DNA of 61,429 bases, counting the filler, from Ionaspis alba (lineage: Eukaryota): the NCBI GenBank assembly GCA_964255285.1. It is 6 parts of 6 records of this genome, joined end to end, with 100 filler letters (N's around TTAATTAATTAA, not from the genome) between each part and the next. Parts side by side here need not be neighbours in the genome. Positions count along the whole stretch, not along the records: positions 10,317 to 20,472 come from CAXUUL010000618.1; positions 20,573 to 30,727 come from CAXUUL010000619.1; 4 more parts are not named here. The stretch is one strand, 5' to 3'. A model generated the notes under the pieces. It was not told the DNA's origin. It saw only the letters and a program-made list of their open reading frames with translations, and ran no database searches. A program made the position numbers and the translations under genes. Below, in pieces: positions 10,447 to 23,686 of the stretch (position 1 is its first letter; each line of letters starts with the position of its first letter).

Positions 10447-13400
10447 CTAGCTACCCAATAGCGATAGCTTTTCAAAGTCCTTGACCACTGGCGCTTTCTT
10501 TCTGACTTGGACTTCTTCCAAACTGTCCCACATGACTCCGTCTCCTCCTTTTGGTCGGCCATCAGATATTTCGTTATCCCGTTGCTCCACCGGCAATTCT
10601 TGAGCCTCTCTCTGGTAGACCTCGGTGAGGCATCCTTGGCACAATGCCACAACATCGATCATCACCGACTCCACAGCCTTAGCTCGTTCTCTCATCCCTC
10701 TCCTCGTCAAGCCCATGACTAATCTCCCTATCTCTTCATTGACAACATTAACCCTATCAACCAATCGCCCAATGCTGTTTACCAAGTATTCCTCCTCGTA
10801 GACACTTCCCTTCTTCCCTCTCGCCCTCTTCCTCTCCTCTCGTCTCTTGTTCTTAGACGTCTTTCTCGTAGCATTTGTGCCAACAGTGCCAGTTTGATTT
10901 GTATATCTGGTGAAGAGTGATCCTCCGGTAGTCGAAGCCTCTGTTCCTGCAAGAGAGACATTGTCCGGTACATCTGCTCCCCCATTGACATTCCCATCGA
11001 CGAAGGCCAATGGCTCTTCCGTTTTTTTGATTCGTAGCTCACGTAGTCGAGGTACTTGAGCATTTAGCTGCGCTTTGCATTCGGTAAGGAGTTCTACCAT
11101 TGTTGCCATGCCGTCGACTAGGCCGGTATCAAGAACAGGCTCCAACAAGTCTGATCGATTGTTCAGACTCAGTATTCTGATCGCGTCGGCAAAGTGGTAG
11201 CCTTTGCAGAAAAGACGGGCTGAAGACTCGACGTCCTGTAGGTAATCCAGATGGACAGTGGCAGCAGCGTAAAAGTCCTTTTGCTCAACTAAAGAGTCTG
11301 CAATGGTTTTGGCCAGAGATTCTAGCTGTGAATGACCCACCGGTATGAGATTCGCGCATGAGAGCGACTCTTTCCAGAAATGGGCAAGCCGATAAGATTC
11401 TGATGCAGCGTTATAGTTGCGTAGGTATTCGTAAGCTGCCCTGTTAGTCAAGATCTTATCTGATGTTAAGTGGAAAAAGAAAGCTTACCAACACCAGCAT
11501 CCTTGAATTTTGACTCCCGGAGCAAGTGATCCGCGTACGAGCCCATGATGTCCTTCACGCTATCTTCGTGATAGCGGTACATTTGTAAGGCATCTTCGTA
11601 TAGCTGATACTTTCTCATGTAGGTTTTGAATTCTTCAAATACGTTCATGTCGTGAAGCCACCTCAACGCTTTCGTCCATCTCCCTAGATAATCATCTATC
11701 GCATATTGTTTCCGAAGAGAGGGCAACTCTTGTAGCCGCTGTAAGAATGGAAGGTATTCTCTGGGATCCTGGGACTCGCTCAGCAACCGACTGGCAGTAA
11801 CAGAGCGAAAGGCTTACATACCTTCTGTGACTGCTGCGCTACCAGCAAGACTAGATCTAGATCATACAATCCAAGAGCATTATCGTAAAGTTTGTTGACA
11901 TCAGCAAGGAAACAAATATGCTCCACGGATCTTTCTGCTTGTTCTGGACTCTCCACTGTGTTTGTTAGCATGAAACAGCCACGACACTTGACGTATAGTT
12001 CATACTTTGCAGTTTGGCTACTTCGTTCAGACCAGCTTCGAGATCCGGTGGAGATTTGCAGACGTGTGCTGTAATTATGTTCTGCAAGTTCGTGGATTTT
12101 CGCTGTTGCAGCACACTCAGGAAAGCATCACATATCTTGTTGACTTTAGAAACCCCTTTTCCTGACACAATGATTGCATTTTGCGTCAGAACTAGAGCTG
12201 TGCGTAACCCAGGTCTCAGCGTCTCTTTATACATGGTCCTTGAAACATCGTCCTCTCTGTGGTTCGTCAGCACACGTAGTGGCCACGAAGTCAATGGCTG
12301 ACTAACCGAATTTGAGAGAGAAAGAGATCAATGTGCTCGACCTTCCTAACCTGGTCAATAAATAGTCCGGTGTTGGCAATAAATTCCTCTGGTGAGTGGT
12401 CATGAATGATGTTCATGTCGACTCGATGATTTCTACAAGCCAGGAAAGCCTTTTTGTACTTCTTGTCGTTGATGTTCCGTCGGATGCCAGCCAGAACGAG
12501 AGCTCTTGGGTAGATAGTCTCGAGGTTTCCCCTTGGCATCTGCAGTACAACAGCCGCTGTTGATGGAATAACGGTGACAAGCCGAGCCCCTCGTTCAATG
12601 GTTCTGCACCTCTCGTCTGCTTCGGGAGAATCGGGAGGCACTTCTAAATCTTGTAGAAGGATGAGCATGAAACCAAATCCAGACCCTTATGGAACACTTA
12701 CTTTCAATTTCCGCTATATGGACGAATTTGAGAAGATGCTGGGTCGTAGTGAAGATGAGATGAGCAGGTGTAATAACAAATGAAGTACAGTCCTTTGCCA
12801 AGCAGCGATTGTTCGCGAATAACGAGCCACTCAGAGTAAGACCAAAGGCGACAGAGTGCCTGCTATCGCCGTTGAGCATCTGATTCGAATTTTGCGCTGC
12901 GCCCTCCTCAATATCCGTGATGGCCACATAACGTACTTTGCTTGGGAAGGTTGCCACCGTAGCTGTTGATAGTGTACTGGCAGCACTCGAAAAACTACCG
13001 AGGCTTGTATGCTCAACGACCTGGCCATCAACGCTGTGTAGGTAGAGGCCGAAGGTCTGGGTCAATGGGCTTACAAGAAGGGCTTGGGCCGGGAGTACGT
13101 CAAAAGATCTCGTCGAATCGACTCGTTCCGAATGCAACTGAACGATGTGTATTTGGCTTCCGCCAGCGCTAGATGTCAGAACCGAAAGACAATCGTGGCT
13201 CATTAATGAGATCTGCTGAGGCAAAACTGCTGCAGCAGTATCTTGCCGATTGGCTATGAGTGTAGAGAGTCTCGCAGAGGTAACAAGATCAAGGGTTTCA
13301 GGAGGCTTTGAACCAAGACTCCATTTGAAGATCAAAAGGTTCTTGTGGTCCAAAACGACAACTGTTGTCTCAGCGGGACCAGTCTTATTTGTTAAGATAG

Positions 13401-14816
13401 CCACATCAATGATGTTAGACCCAACTGTGACTTCCTGGAACGCCATTGGTGGAGGCATATTTGCGACTCGTAAAGGGGACAGTTTGAGAGTCTCTGGTCA
13501 TCAATTAGTCTCGGAGGCATCGCCAATACGAATCGACTTACTGCCGTCAATCACAGCTACAATTCCGTAATCATTGGGCGGTGAGGTGGTGCCACTAGAT
13601 ATATGAAAGACCCACTCGACACGCTGCATTCCCTCTACAGCCTTATGAGTAGTCGCCTTCTGACGGGTAGAGGAGATATACCTTTCGTGCCAGTCGCACA
13701 TAGTAATGGCTGTTCCGGATGCCATACAAACTGAACGGGATGAGTACCGGGGAGGCCTGGAAGCATTGGAATCTCTTGCTTGAGATAATAATGATAATTT
13801 CCCATCGTCCACAACTGACAACGATCCCTGAAACATACCGCCAGGATAGATGAGTCGACGTTCCAACTCAAAGATATAGACGAACCCCAGCTATCTATTT
13901 CTTCTTGGGTTAGTCTTAAGGGAAATTGGCCATGTCTTAGACCATTCCGTTCGAAGAAAACAACCTGGACATGACCCTCGAATCGTTGGATGCCAGCCAT
14001 GAGATTTCCGGCTGGTCGCCAGCTCAAAGCTCCCTCAAGACCATCCACCGGCTCACTAACACCATCCAGCGTACCTTCCCTAGAGTATACTCTGATAACC
14101 CGGCGAGAACCAGTTTGAATGCTGTTGGTAGATACATAACCACCGTCTCCTCTCCAGCTAATGGTGGTCCTGTGATCGTCCAGACGACTCAAAATACCCT
14201 CATCGACCTTTTCCGGCATAGTTGGATCTCGCAGAGCCTTTGCTCCCTTCCCTTTGAATTGGGTCTCTGCTTTTCCCCATCCAACGGAGACATGCTTGGA
14301 AGCTTTGAGATCTTCCGGAGTAAGTCCGATGGTTGCAACATTGTCAAAGTTCCTGGTCATATACAGTAGAGTATCCGCACGAGTAGTAATGGCAAGTAAG
14401 TCTTCATCTGGAGACCAAGCCGCAGCCGAAATTCCCACATCCACAGATCCTACAATCTCAATCTTTTCTTCTCCAGATGCTGGGGATTCTCGAACAACAA
14501 CAATATCCCCTCCTGCTAGAATAAGACAGGTCGTTGAAGAATCTGAGAAATAGTGAATACACAAGATTTCATCACAATCAAGGTCTGGTAGAGGACAAGG
14601 AGCATCCCAAGAGGCGATGTGCTCCAGACTTCCGATGCTGCTCTCGGAAGGGTTTGAAGGAGTATGCCATCGTTTGAGGTTCACTGATATGTCATCCTTG
14701 GAAGGTCCGAAGGCACAAATCAAACTATTTGTAACAGTATCCCATGTAGACGCAGTTAAAAGATGTCGCGCAGGGCTCCAGAGCACCGAGCGGCACGCAA
14801 TCCGGATATTTCGCAT
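10447..14816 (-). CDS. ELP1: Elongator complex subunit 1 (IKI3/ELP1), multi-exon
   Basis: Hallmark segments: SKHVSVGWGKAETQFKG, SWRGDGGYV, FFERNGLRHGQF, WTMGNYHYYLKQE, QMPRGNLETIYPR, AQQSQKDPREYLPFL and the basic tail RREERKRARGKKGSVYEEEYLVNS. Canonical GT-AG introns separate the ORF pieces. Confidence 0.97.
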
Positions 14817-14998
14817 ACTGAGGTGAATTTTCTGATGCTTGTATCACAAAAATGAGTTTCCTCACACAGATTTTCATGTTTTCCTGATTTTGGTTGGTAG
14901 CTTGTAAGGATGGAAGAGATAATTTGGAAACTTTTACAAAGGTATTAGAGCCAGGGCACGACTTGGGGACCCTTGGACCTTTTTAACTCTACAAATCG

Positions 14999-15208
14999 CG
15001 AATATGACGGCAATTCTAATCGGGTTTTGGTAGAATTCGGGTGCGACTGTTCGNNNNNNNNNNNNNNNNNNNNNNNNNNNNNNNNNNNNNNNNNNNNNNN
15101 NNNNNNNNNNNNNNNNNNNNNNNNNNNNNNNNNNNNNNNNNNNNNNNNNNNNNCGAATATGACGGCAATTCTAATCGGGTTTTGGTAGAATTCGGGTGCG
15201 ACTGTTCG
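14999..15208. repeat. 55-bp exact direct repeat flanking a 100-N gap (assembly artefact)
   Basis: 14999-15053 is identical to 15154-15208. Confidence 0.95.
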
Positions 15209-15305
15209 ATTACGGGATATATACAGATGACGTCCATCCATCAGAGAACGTCCACATCGTTGTGACCAAGTTCCTTGTGCTTCCTTCCCAGCGTGCCAAC
15301 CATCC

Positions 15306-15646
15306 TCACTTGTTCTTCTTTGTCTGCCATACTTTGAATTGTTAGCAAGCCCGTCCACTGGTATCATAAAATCTTGCATACCGGCAACGCCGAATGGAAT
15401 GCCAAAGCCAACGGCTATACACGAATCAGTCATTTTCCAGCAGCTTTCTAAGATTGTTGAGCACTCACCCATGAAAGTCCAGTATCTAAAGGCAAAGAAT
15501 CTCGTCAGCGGGTTGAATGGGATGTTTGACCGAGGCCCTTCGGGGTAATGGTATGGACTCGAGAGGCGTGTGCGAGTCGCATGAAAGCCACGGCGAGTTA
15601 CCAGCGACGGAACGTTTGCTGCGCGGAGTACTGATCTTGAGAGCAT
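15306..15646 (-). CDS. COX8: Cytochrome c oxidase subunit VIIc (yeast Cox8 orthologue); introns 15415-15468 and 15332-15382
   Basis: Presequence followed by SSPYHYPEGPRSNIPFNP...FRYWTFMAVGFGIPFGVAVWQTKKNK* after splicing. Confidence 0.93.
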
Positions 15647-15810
15647 CTAAAGCTTTCAGTAATGTCATAATCCATATTCGAACCGTGTCGTACCTTGACG
15701 AGTGTCGCAAGTGATGAAACGATCGATCGATTGACTGAACCTTGAAGTCGAGCATCTGAATGCTTGGCACGGTGCAGCACGACCTACGAGGCGCTAGTTT
15801 CACTCTTCTT

Positions 15811-15820
15811 CCGAAGCCGG
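15811..15820 (+). promoter_or_regulatory. Candidate Leu3/LeuB binding site CCG-N4-CGG upstream of ILV6
   Basis: CCGAAGCCGG lies about 115 bp upstream of the ILV6 ATG. A TGACTC (Gcn4/CpcA core) follows at 15833-15838. Confidence 0.55.
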
Positions 15821-15934
15821 CTACAAATTTCTTGACTCGATTGTTATTGGTGCTGCACTATGCTACAACTTCGGAAATAAATTGACAGCCAGGACTTGCC
15901 TTCAACAGATATCTCTCACACCTTTCTGGCCATA

Positions 15935-16972
15935 ATGGCCGCCCGACGGCCTCTCCTTTCCCTTTCCCAGAACATTACCTGCAAGGCACCTTCACCACAG
16001 TTTCTCGTCCCCAAGCGCAGACTCCAGCACACGACTTCCTCAACGTCGGCCCTTGCCTACAAAGCTCTCCACCGACGCATCTCCCCCCTTCCAACCTCCG
16101 ACGCTGCGCCCTCCTGGTCCGCGCCGGCGGCCGTCTCCTCCATTCTCTACGAAACCCCCCTTCCCTCCGCACTCCCCCCGAAACGACACGTTCTCAATTG
16201 CCTCGTGCAAAATGAGCCAGGTGTGCTCTCCCGTGTTTCCGGCATTCTCGCAGCCAGGGGCTTCAATATAGACAGTCTGGTGGTCTGCAACACGGAAGTC
16301 GAGGACCTCTCGCGAATGACGATCGTGCTCTCCGGGCAAGACGGCGTAGTCGAGCAAGCCCGACGCCAGCTGGAGGATCTCGTTCCTGTATGGGCAGTTC
16401 TAGACTACACGTCGGCGCCGCTTGTCCAGCGAGAACTTCTACTTGCAAAGGTCTCGATTCTAGGTCCTGAATATTTTGAGGAGTTGTTGGCGCATCACAG
16501 GGAGATGACAGCAGCGGACGCGTCGCGGTTCCAGGAAAGCCAAGAGAGCTTTGAGGCCGCGAGGGCACAACAGGTTGACAGTGATAGGGGCGATTATCAT
16601 CCAAGCAGGTTGGCAGCGAGTCAGGCGTTGAGGCATAAGCATGAGCATCTCGAGGCCATTACACATCTGACGCATCAGTTTGGGGGAAAGGTTTTGGATA
16701 TCAGCACGAACAACTGCATTGTGGAGATGTGAGTCCTCCATCTGGGAGGCTTTTCTAGTCATGATCATGGTAACTGATTGATGTGCAAATATAGCTCTGC
16801 GAAACCTACAAGGATCGACTCATTCATGAAGCTGATATCCCCATTCGGAGTCCTCGAATCTACGAGAACTGGCCTGATGGCTCTGCCAAGATCTCCGCTC
16901 CATGGACCGAACGAGGAGATCGAGAAGGATGCGGAAGACCTGGTAGATGCTAGCTCGCTGCCACCTGGATGA
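15935..16972 (+). CDS. ILV6: Acetolactate synthase regulatory (small) subunit, mitochondrial; intron 16729-16794
   Basis: ACT domain HVLNCLVQNEPGVLSRVSGILAARGFNIDSLVVCNTEV and C-terminus ESTRTGLMALPRSP...SSLPPG*. Confidence 0.96.
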
Positions 16973-17279
16973 GAGAAATGTTGGAGCCCATTGAAGAGGA
17001 GTTACAGCCGTATCTGTCATGTATAGCTTCGGAGTTGGTGGATCACTGGTTCTGGATGCCACAACGAGTTTCACCTTGTAGATTTATTCGTCAACTGAAT
17101 ATGATGCTATCTGTATAAGCCAGATACAGAGATATTTCTATGTAATATATCCAAATCAGATGTCTTACCCCTAGACACTGCGGATGCTCCCAATATATAC
17201 CGCGTCCAGTATTTCCGCCTGACGCCACACATGCTTTATCGAAGGATCGCTTTATCATACTGTACGTGGCTAAATAAGA

Positions 17280-20242
17280 TCATAATCTGATATGTGCTCC
17301 AATCCCACCTCCAGTGAACCACACAGTCTGCTGCCACTCGCCGACCTTTATACCTACTGTCGCTTTGGCGTCAAGCTTCAATGTGCCTCCAAGCGCTTGT
17401 TTCACAGCATCAGGACCGACACTATCCAAGCTCCAATCGACAGGTAGCCTTGGCGAAGTTGTGGCACCTGGTAGTACGGCGAATGGCAGATCGTAAACAA
17501 TAGCACCAATCGGTTCGGTATGGTTGTAGTAAGCGGTAGCGTTGATATGAGTAATAAACAGAGTCGTATGAGGGAGAGGAGAGAGTAGAGTAAACGATGC
17601 TGTCGACGTTAAGAGATGCATCTGCAAAAGTATCGATCAGTACACAATCCTATGCCGAAGACATTGCGTGTAGGCAGACAAGACAAATATGCTAGGGTCT
17701 TCGAATGATGTGGTTACACGTGGAAAGTAAATATTCAGGGTAACTGGAGAGACTTACAGTCGCATCGTCAATGAAGCGCGGCGCCTTTTCGTCTCTATCA
17801 TCATCATTATCATCATCATCTGGATGGTTTGGATTCTTCGGGGGCGTGAGCCTTGGTGTAGGAATATTGAGCTGAATGGAGGAAAGAGCTGATCCAAGTC
17901 TAGGCTGCGTTGGAATGGTGCCATTGTGAGTTTGAAGGCCTAAGCTTGTGTTGTATCCTGTTCGGGTCAGAACGCAAATACTCCAGCTGTCAAAATTACA
18001 TACCAGATATATATTGAGAAAGAAGTTCTTTTCCAGCTTCCAAGCCTTTCCTGCCGCTCACAGACAGCGGTTCCCATCTTGCTCTAACGAGCATGTTTTC
18101 ATTTCTTCCGGGAACTACCTTCATGTCTTCCGCTATCGCAGAGCCTAGCAGAGTACCATTGCTAAGGAGATTGACGCTGACGTACGGAACAGAGGCAGAA
18201 TAGTTAGTGGGATTCGTCATATTGACTCTTGCCTCAATGAGCAAAGATTCCTTAGTGGTGGATACAATCCTCAAAGACCCAACCTTGGGAGCAAAGCTTT
18301 CAAGATGCCCTCCCGCAATAGCTGAGTTGCCCATCAGCACCTGACGCCAGACATCCTGAGGAGTCACTAACGCTTGATCGGCACTTTTCCTTCAGCAGGG
18401 ATTTTGCGGACAACGAATTTTCCAAGCGCGATTTCCATTTCGATATCCACATCTGCTTTGACATCAAGTACGATACTCTTGCCTCCAAAAAGCATGTCTT
18501 GAACCACTTGGGAGAAGACATCATCGTCCGTGATCTCCAACGGTGCCTTCTTGACGACTGACTCGACGGCAAGACCGGCTTGCACGTCGTCATGAGCCTC
18601 GATCCGCGTGGAATTTGACTTTTGCCATTTATGTAGATCTAGAACACCAAGCTTCTTCTTATGATAAAATACGTCGGCATCTGCGCGCACTCTCCCAACC
18701 TCGATCGGGAAGTTCATCTCCTTAGGCAGATTGACAAGAGCTTTGACCGTAGCTGATATCTTAGGTCGTCCAGCAGGCGAGTCAGGATCAGCAAGTGGAT
18801 TAGGCAAGTCGAGATGAACGTTATCCATGGAGAAGTCTCGTATCAGATTATCAAAGGTGTGGCCGAGAAATGGCAGCGGTACAATGACATCTTTCATCAA
18901 ATCAGATATCCAACGAGGTGTATCTGTGCTTGGTGCATCAGCTCCTCTCACAAAGATGGTGGTCTGGACTCCGTTGATATAATCGCCAAGTAGCGCATCA
19001 AGCGGGGACGTTCCTCGATCTGGACATACGGCGGTCAAGGACGCATTGAGCTGGCGAATGATACCATGCACGGTAGCATTAACTTCTTGCTTCGACACGA
19101 TTTTAGTCTCTTCAGTGGTTGCGTTAGCAAGAAGAATGTAAGGTCCTGCAGCTGAGCATCCAGGAACAAGGATATCGAAACCAAGAGGAGGTACGGTGAA
19201 TGTGAGTGGGTAGTCGTTGTTGACAGTGACGGCCACGTCGGCCTCCATGGCTCTCACAGGACCAGGCAGCTTCACTTCATGGAAGTTCAGTTTAGTAATG
19301 TTGTAACGTGGCATGGTAGGTATGTCATGGCCTGCAGAACCATTGTGTCAGTGAGTTGTGATACAGGGTAAAAAATCTCAATGCGGGCTGGACTCCATCA
19401 ACGGGAGAAGACTGACCCTTGAAAAGAAGTGTTCGGGAGATGCTCTGAGTTCCAAGCCCAATTATACCCGATTTCAGACTGACATCAGCTTCTCCTTTAA
19501 TCCTGAGTTGCCCAAGTCTGCCGTCTATCCAATCGTTCGCAATGCGTCGTATGCCCTCTACATCACCAGGCTCCAAATCGGCAAGAATATCGATGTGCGT
19601 TCTATGACGGTCCCTAATATCGACAACCACCGAGGGCACTGAAGCACTTCCAAGTAAGACATCCCCGTACTCTGGCAGGTACACTTTCACACTTGACGGC
19701 TTGCTCTCCACTGCCCTTGCTATCCAGGTCCCAAACCGTCCAAGATCTCGAACTGGCTTCTTCTGCACTTTTGATGCATCTAGCATGAAGTCGCCCTTGA
19801 CTCTGGCTTTAACTCCTGAAGAAGTGAATGAGTCGATCGACAGGTCGGTGGGCTCAAAAACAGCGGCCTGCTTCGCATATTCCTCAACGACAGCTGGAGC
19901 TGCGAAACCAAGGCCGAGGATGGCAACCACTAATAGACCCATTGTTGACAGAGCAATTATTGTGGGCCATCTTCTCCTCTTCTTGCCTTTATGGTGTCCT
20001 CCTTCCTGAAGGGACCGTAATGATGTGGCCGCTCCTGACGACGCTCCACCATTTCCTGGCGTGTAGCCATTCTCATGATCCTCTGTTTCACGCGATAGTA
20101 ACGGAGTAGACTCGTCAGAGTGCTGAGACGCTCTGGCCTGCCTTGAATGAGACGAAATTGTTGAATGCTGAGAGCTAGGACGGTCTCGTTCTCTGTGCCC
20201 ATCCTCGGAAGCGCCCAGGAGGGGCGAAGGGTTATTCGCCAT
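17280..20242 (-). CDS. Tag1-like single-pass membrane protein with repeated LEA_2/DUF3712-type beta domains (often annotated 'pre-rRNA processing protein'); 5 exons
   Basis: Cytosolic N-terminus with the DESTPLL dileucine sorting-type motif, one TM segment after RRRWP, repeated beta-rich luminal domains and a C-terminal GGGIGAHIRL. Four GT-AG introns link the ORFs. Confidence 0.75.
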
Positions 20243-20472
20243 GTTGGTGCTCGATGCGCATGGAAAGAGAACGCTATATTGAATTTTTGAGTGAACTTGA
20301 CCAGTCTATGTGATGAATTGGTAAGGTTTCAAGCTGGATGTACGATCTCTGTGGAGATGAAGCTTGAAGTAGCCTACATTATGCGGCGTGAGCTTTGGTG
20401 ACGTTTGCAAAATTTGCACAATTCTGCACAACTCTGCTATCTTGTTACATAAAATTGTTCGGGGTAAATGCA

Positions 20473-20572
20473 NNNNNNNNNNNNNNNNNNNNNNNNNNNN
20501 NNNNNNNNNNNNNNNNTTAATTAATTAANNNNNNNNNNNNNNNNNNNNNNNNNNNNNNNNNNNNNNNNNNNN
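20473..20572. other. Artificial scaffold-joining linker
   Basis: N44-TTAATTAATTAA-N44. Confidence 0.98.
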
Positions 20573-21415
20573 GAGGGTGGGTGTTCGGCGGTTTGTTTTA
20601 CGAGGAGCTTGCAGACGTGCATGCATGCATGCTCTGGCTTGGCTCTGGGGGAGTGTAGATCGGATGACAGCTTACTCTTTATTCTTCTAGCTGGGCTGCC
20701 TTTCTTTGCGCAGGAAGTCGCGGCGTTACCTGAGGAGATTGGGAAAAGGTGGCTGCTGGAGCTGGCTGATTTGCTTGCACGGGCCCTGTTTCATCTTTTT
20801 GTTTTTTTTGGGGTGGTCGTCGGGTGGCTTTTGTGGGAGTGGTGGCACTCACTCCATGTAGGGATTGAAGATGATGAGCTCTTGAGAAGGAAGAAAAAAA
20901 CAAATTGCGTTCGTGTTCTCGAGTTGTACAACGTCAGGCACGTCAGACAAAGTAGTACTGTAGCTAAAATAGGTTGGTGCTTATCTCCACAATTTTGTCT
21001 GTCACTGTCGTCTTGTCACGGTAGTATCTCGGGACTGTCATCTCAAAGCATGAAAAACCAAGAAAAAACAACAAGGTTGAGCGACAGGCAACTTCTAAGC
21101 GGGTACGAGGAAAGGATGAGCGAAAATTGGAATTTCCACTCAAAGCTAATATTGCCTGTGGAACCACAACACTGTCCTGCCAGCTTCGAAGGATTCTTGT
21201 GATATCGGTGCCCCTGAATTCCCGCCTTCTACCATAGACGCCATGTAGATCTTTACACGGTCCACAGAAATTCGTAGTGCCCGTTCTCGGGATCTAGCTA
21301 TTCATCTGGAGCTACACAAGCGGGAAGCTTCTTTCCATCACATCACAATCCCCCATCAATAATCTGCTCAACAGTCCTCCTCCCGCAATCACCCCAACCC
21401 CCTATCTCACTCACA

Positions 21416-23317
21416 TTACTCATCCTCCTCATTCCCCTCAACAACCACCTCCTCATCCTCCTCCCCCTCCTCGAACGTCCCAGCCGGAACCTCATAAAGC
21501 CTCAGCAGCGGCTTATTCGGATCCTTGACCAGCACATATTTCCCCTCCGCCATCTTCAAACACATATCGATGATCGTCCGCACGATCCCCCATCCATTCG
21601 CCAGATTAAGGTTCATCTGCTCCGCGAACTTGCGCGGATCGTAGCCCACCACGCCCAGAATGACATGCCGATCGTTGTTCTTGGGGGAGGCGCGGGAGAC
21701 GAATCTGCAGGGGCGTTAGTTTAGCACAAGAATTTTTTTTCTTCATCTTTGGCTTGGGGGCATGGTTCATGCGGAGATGGAGGTGCTGCAGCAGATGATG
21801 GGGGCCGGACTACTACGCATACGTACCCTAGCTTCATCATGTCCGCTTTCGCAAGGATGCTTTGCACTGTCCACCGAGCCAGCTTGCAGCTGTTGTTCTT
21901 CATCTCCGTGGCGACGACTGCGCCGCGCTGGCTGTTCATTTTGGTCCGCCAGTCCAGAGCTCCGCCGCTACCTTGGGCTTTGTGGTCGAATTCGTTCAGC
22001 GCCTTGACGGTTAGGAATTGGTCTTCGCCGCTGATGTTGTTCTTCAGGACTGCGTCGAGTTCTGTTCGGACGATCAGATGGAGGGGATCTTCGTCCTTTT
22101 CGAGGGAGAGGTCGAAACGACGGTACTTGTATGCCTTGGATGCTAGTGGCTCGGTCTCTTCGCTGGGGTTGTAGAATGGATTCTCGTGGTTCATCTCGTA
22201 CTTGGACGTTTCTGATTCCATTACGGTCTGGAAGGCGAAGTTCTGGTTGATGTATGTTGCCTCCAAAGCTAGAGCTCCAGGAAAATTGATGGTGTCCTTA
22301 TTGCCTTCCGACCCCTCGAGTGGTGCATCTGCCGCATTTTCATTCACGCTGACCATATCCAGAGCAGAGCCATCACGCTTGTCGAGGAAGACTTTGTTAC
22401 CATGTCGAGTAATGACGATATCCCAAGAGTAGACAGAGCGAGGGGAACACATGAGCATAGAAAGGATACTATCGGTTGCAAAGATGGTGGCCTCGTCCTT
22501 CTCCGCCAGTTCCTGGATGATAGGATCATGGGAGGTAGTAACATTATACGCAGCGCGGTCGACGACATTGAGCTTCCTCTCGGTATTCTTGACAGGAGGC
22601 TTGTCGTAAGAGCGGTCATAGTAGTGAAGGAAACCATATGTGTCAATATCCTCACCAGCACTGGTTTCCAAGTTCAGCTTAGCCAGACGGTTGAAGTCGA
22701 TCTCCTCCAGCATGTGCCAGTCAGGTTTGATATTGACAGAAGAGTCACGATTCCTTTGTGGCTTGTCGTAGTCTTTCCACCCAAACCTCCTGCCTCGTCC
22801 TCCTCGTCCTCCTCTAGTGTCGTTGTAGTAGCCACCTTGCTGACCACCACGACCACCAACCCTCTGGAAAGTGCCTCGACCTCCCCTTTGATCCCGACCT
22901 CCTCGTCCTCGACCACGGAATATTGTGCCGCCTCCCCGTCCGAAGCCTCTGGTCTTGGTAGATGTGCGGGTATTGTCGACAACAGAAAACGAAGATTCAT
23001 CCTCGGCGACTTGGACAGCAAACAGACTTGACGTGCCAGCACCATAGACTTGTTGGTCTACAATATCCATCAGCCTGGTTCTCGAGACACCCACCTTTGA
23101 TTATACCTCTGTAGTTCCGTTGGTACTGCTGCCGTCCTCCTCTTTCTCTACCATCCTTTCCTTCCGACGTCCAGTCTGCCATTCGCCCCAGCTTGTCGCC
23201 CTTCGAATATGGCGCATAAGGAACACCGTCCACCAAAGCGTCTGATGTAGTCGGAGGCCCCCATGACTCTTCTGATGGTAGTGAGGACACGAGATCCGCT
23301 AGTGATATGGGTGCCAT
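21416..23317 (-). CDS. EIF3D: Eukaryotic translation initiation factor 3 subunit D; 3 exons
   Basis: [56 protein letters not shown] and [20 protein letters not shown]. Confidence 0.97.
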
Positions 23318-23476
23318 ATTGTATAATTTGTTCTTCTGTCGCCGTTAGGAAAACCGATCGTTTCTGGTGGGGCTTCGCGTATGTGAAATCTTGGCACTAT
23401 CTATAAGGCTGAATGGCGAAATGTCAACTTTGTGCCTTTGAATCATGAACTCCTGGGCGTATGAAAATGCATTTTA

Positions 23477-23686
23477 CAGACGCAACTTGGAGTGAGGATT
23501 TTCTACAGTTTGAAAGGTCAGTTTATGTTTGNNNNNNNNNNNNNNNNNNNNNNNNNNNNNNNNNNNNNNNNNNNNNNNNNNNNNNNNNNNNNNNNNNNNN
23601 NNNNNNNNNNNNNNNNNNNNNNNNNNNNNNNCAGACGCAACTTGGAGTGAGGATTTTCTACAGTTTGAAAGGTCAGTTTATGTTTG
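23477..23686. repeat. 55-bp exact direct repeat flanking a 100-N gap (assembly artefact)
   Basis: 23477-23531 is identical to 23632-23686. Confidence 0.95.

Noticed and set aside
14999..15208. Direct repeats around gaps as target-site duplications or LTRs of an unassembled element
   Set aside because: They are exactly 55 bp at three unrelated loci, which fits a k-mer overlap artefact.
20573..21202. 197-aa plus-strand ORF, and a possible minus-strand gene start (ATG GA|GTGAGT at 20857)
   Set aside because: The plus ORF has a non-ATG start and a composition typical of antisense or UTR sequence. I could not resolve the minus-strand exons before the scaffold end.
22402..23031. Long antisense ORFs over EIF3D, and similar ones over PAM17 and the WLM gene
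   Set aside because: These are shadow ORFs caused by codon bias in the real gene on the opposite strand.
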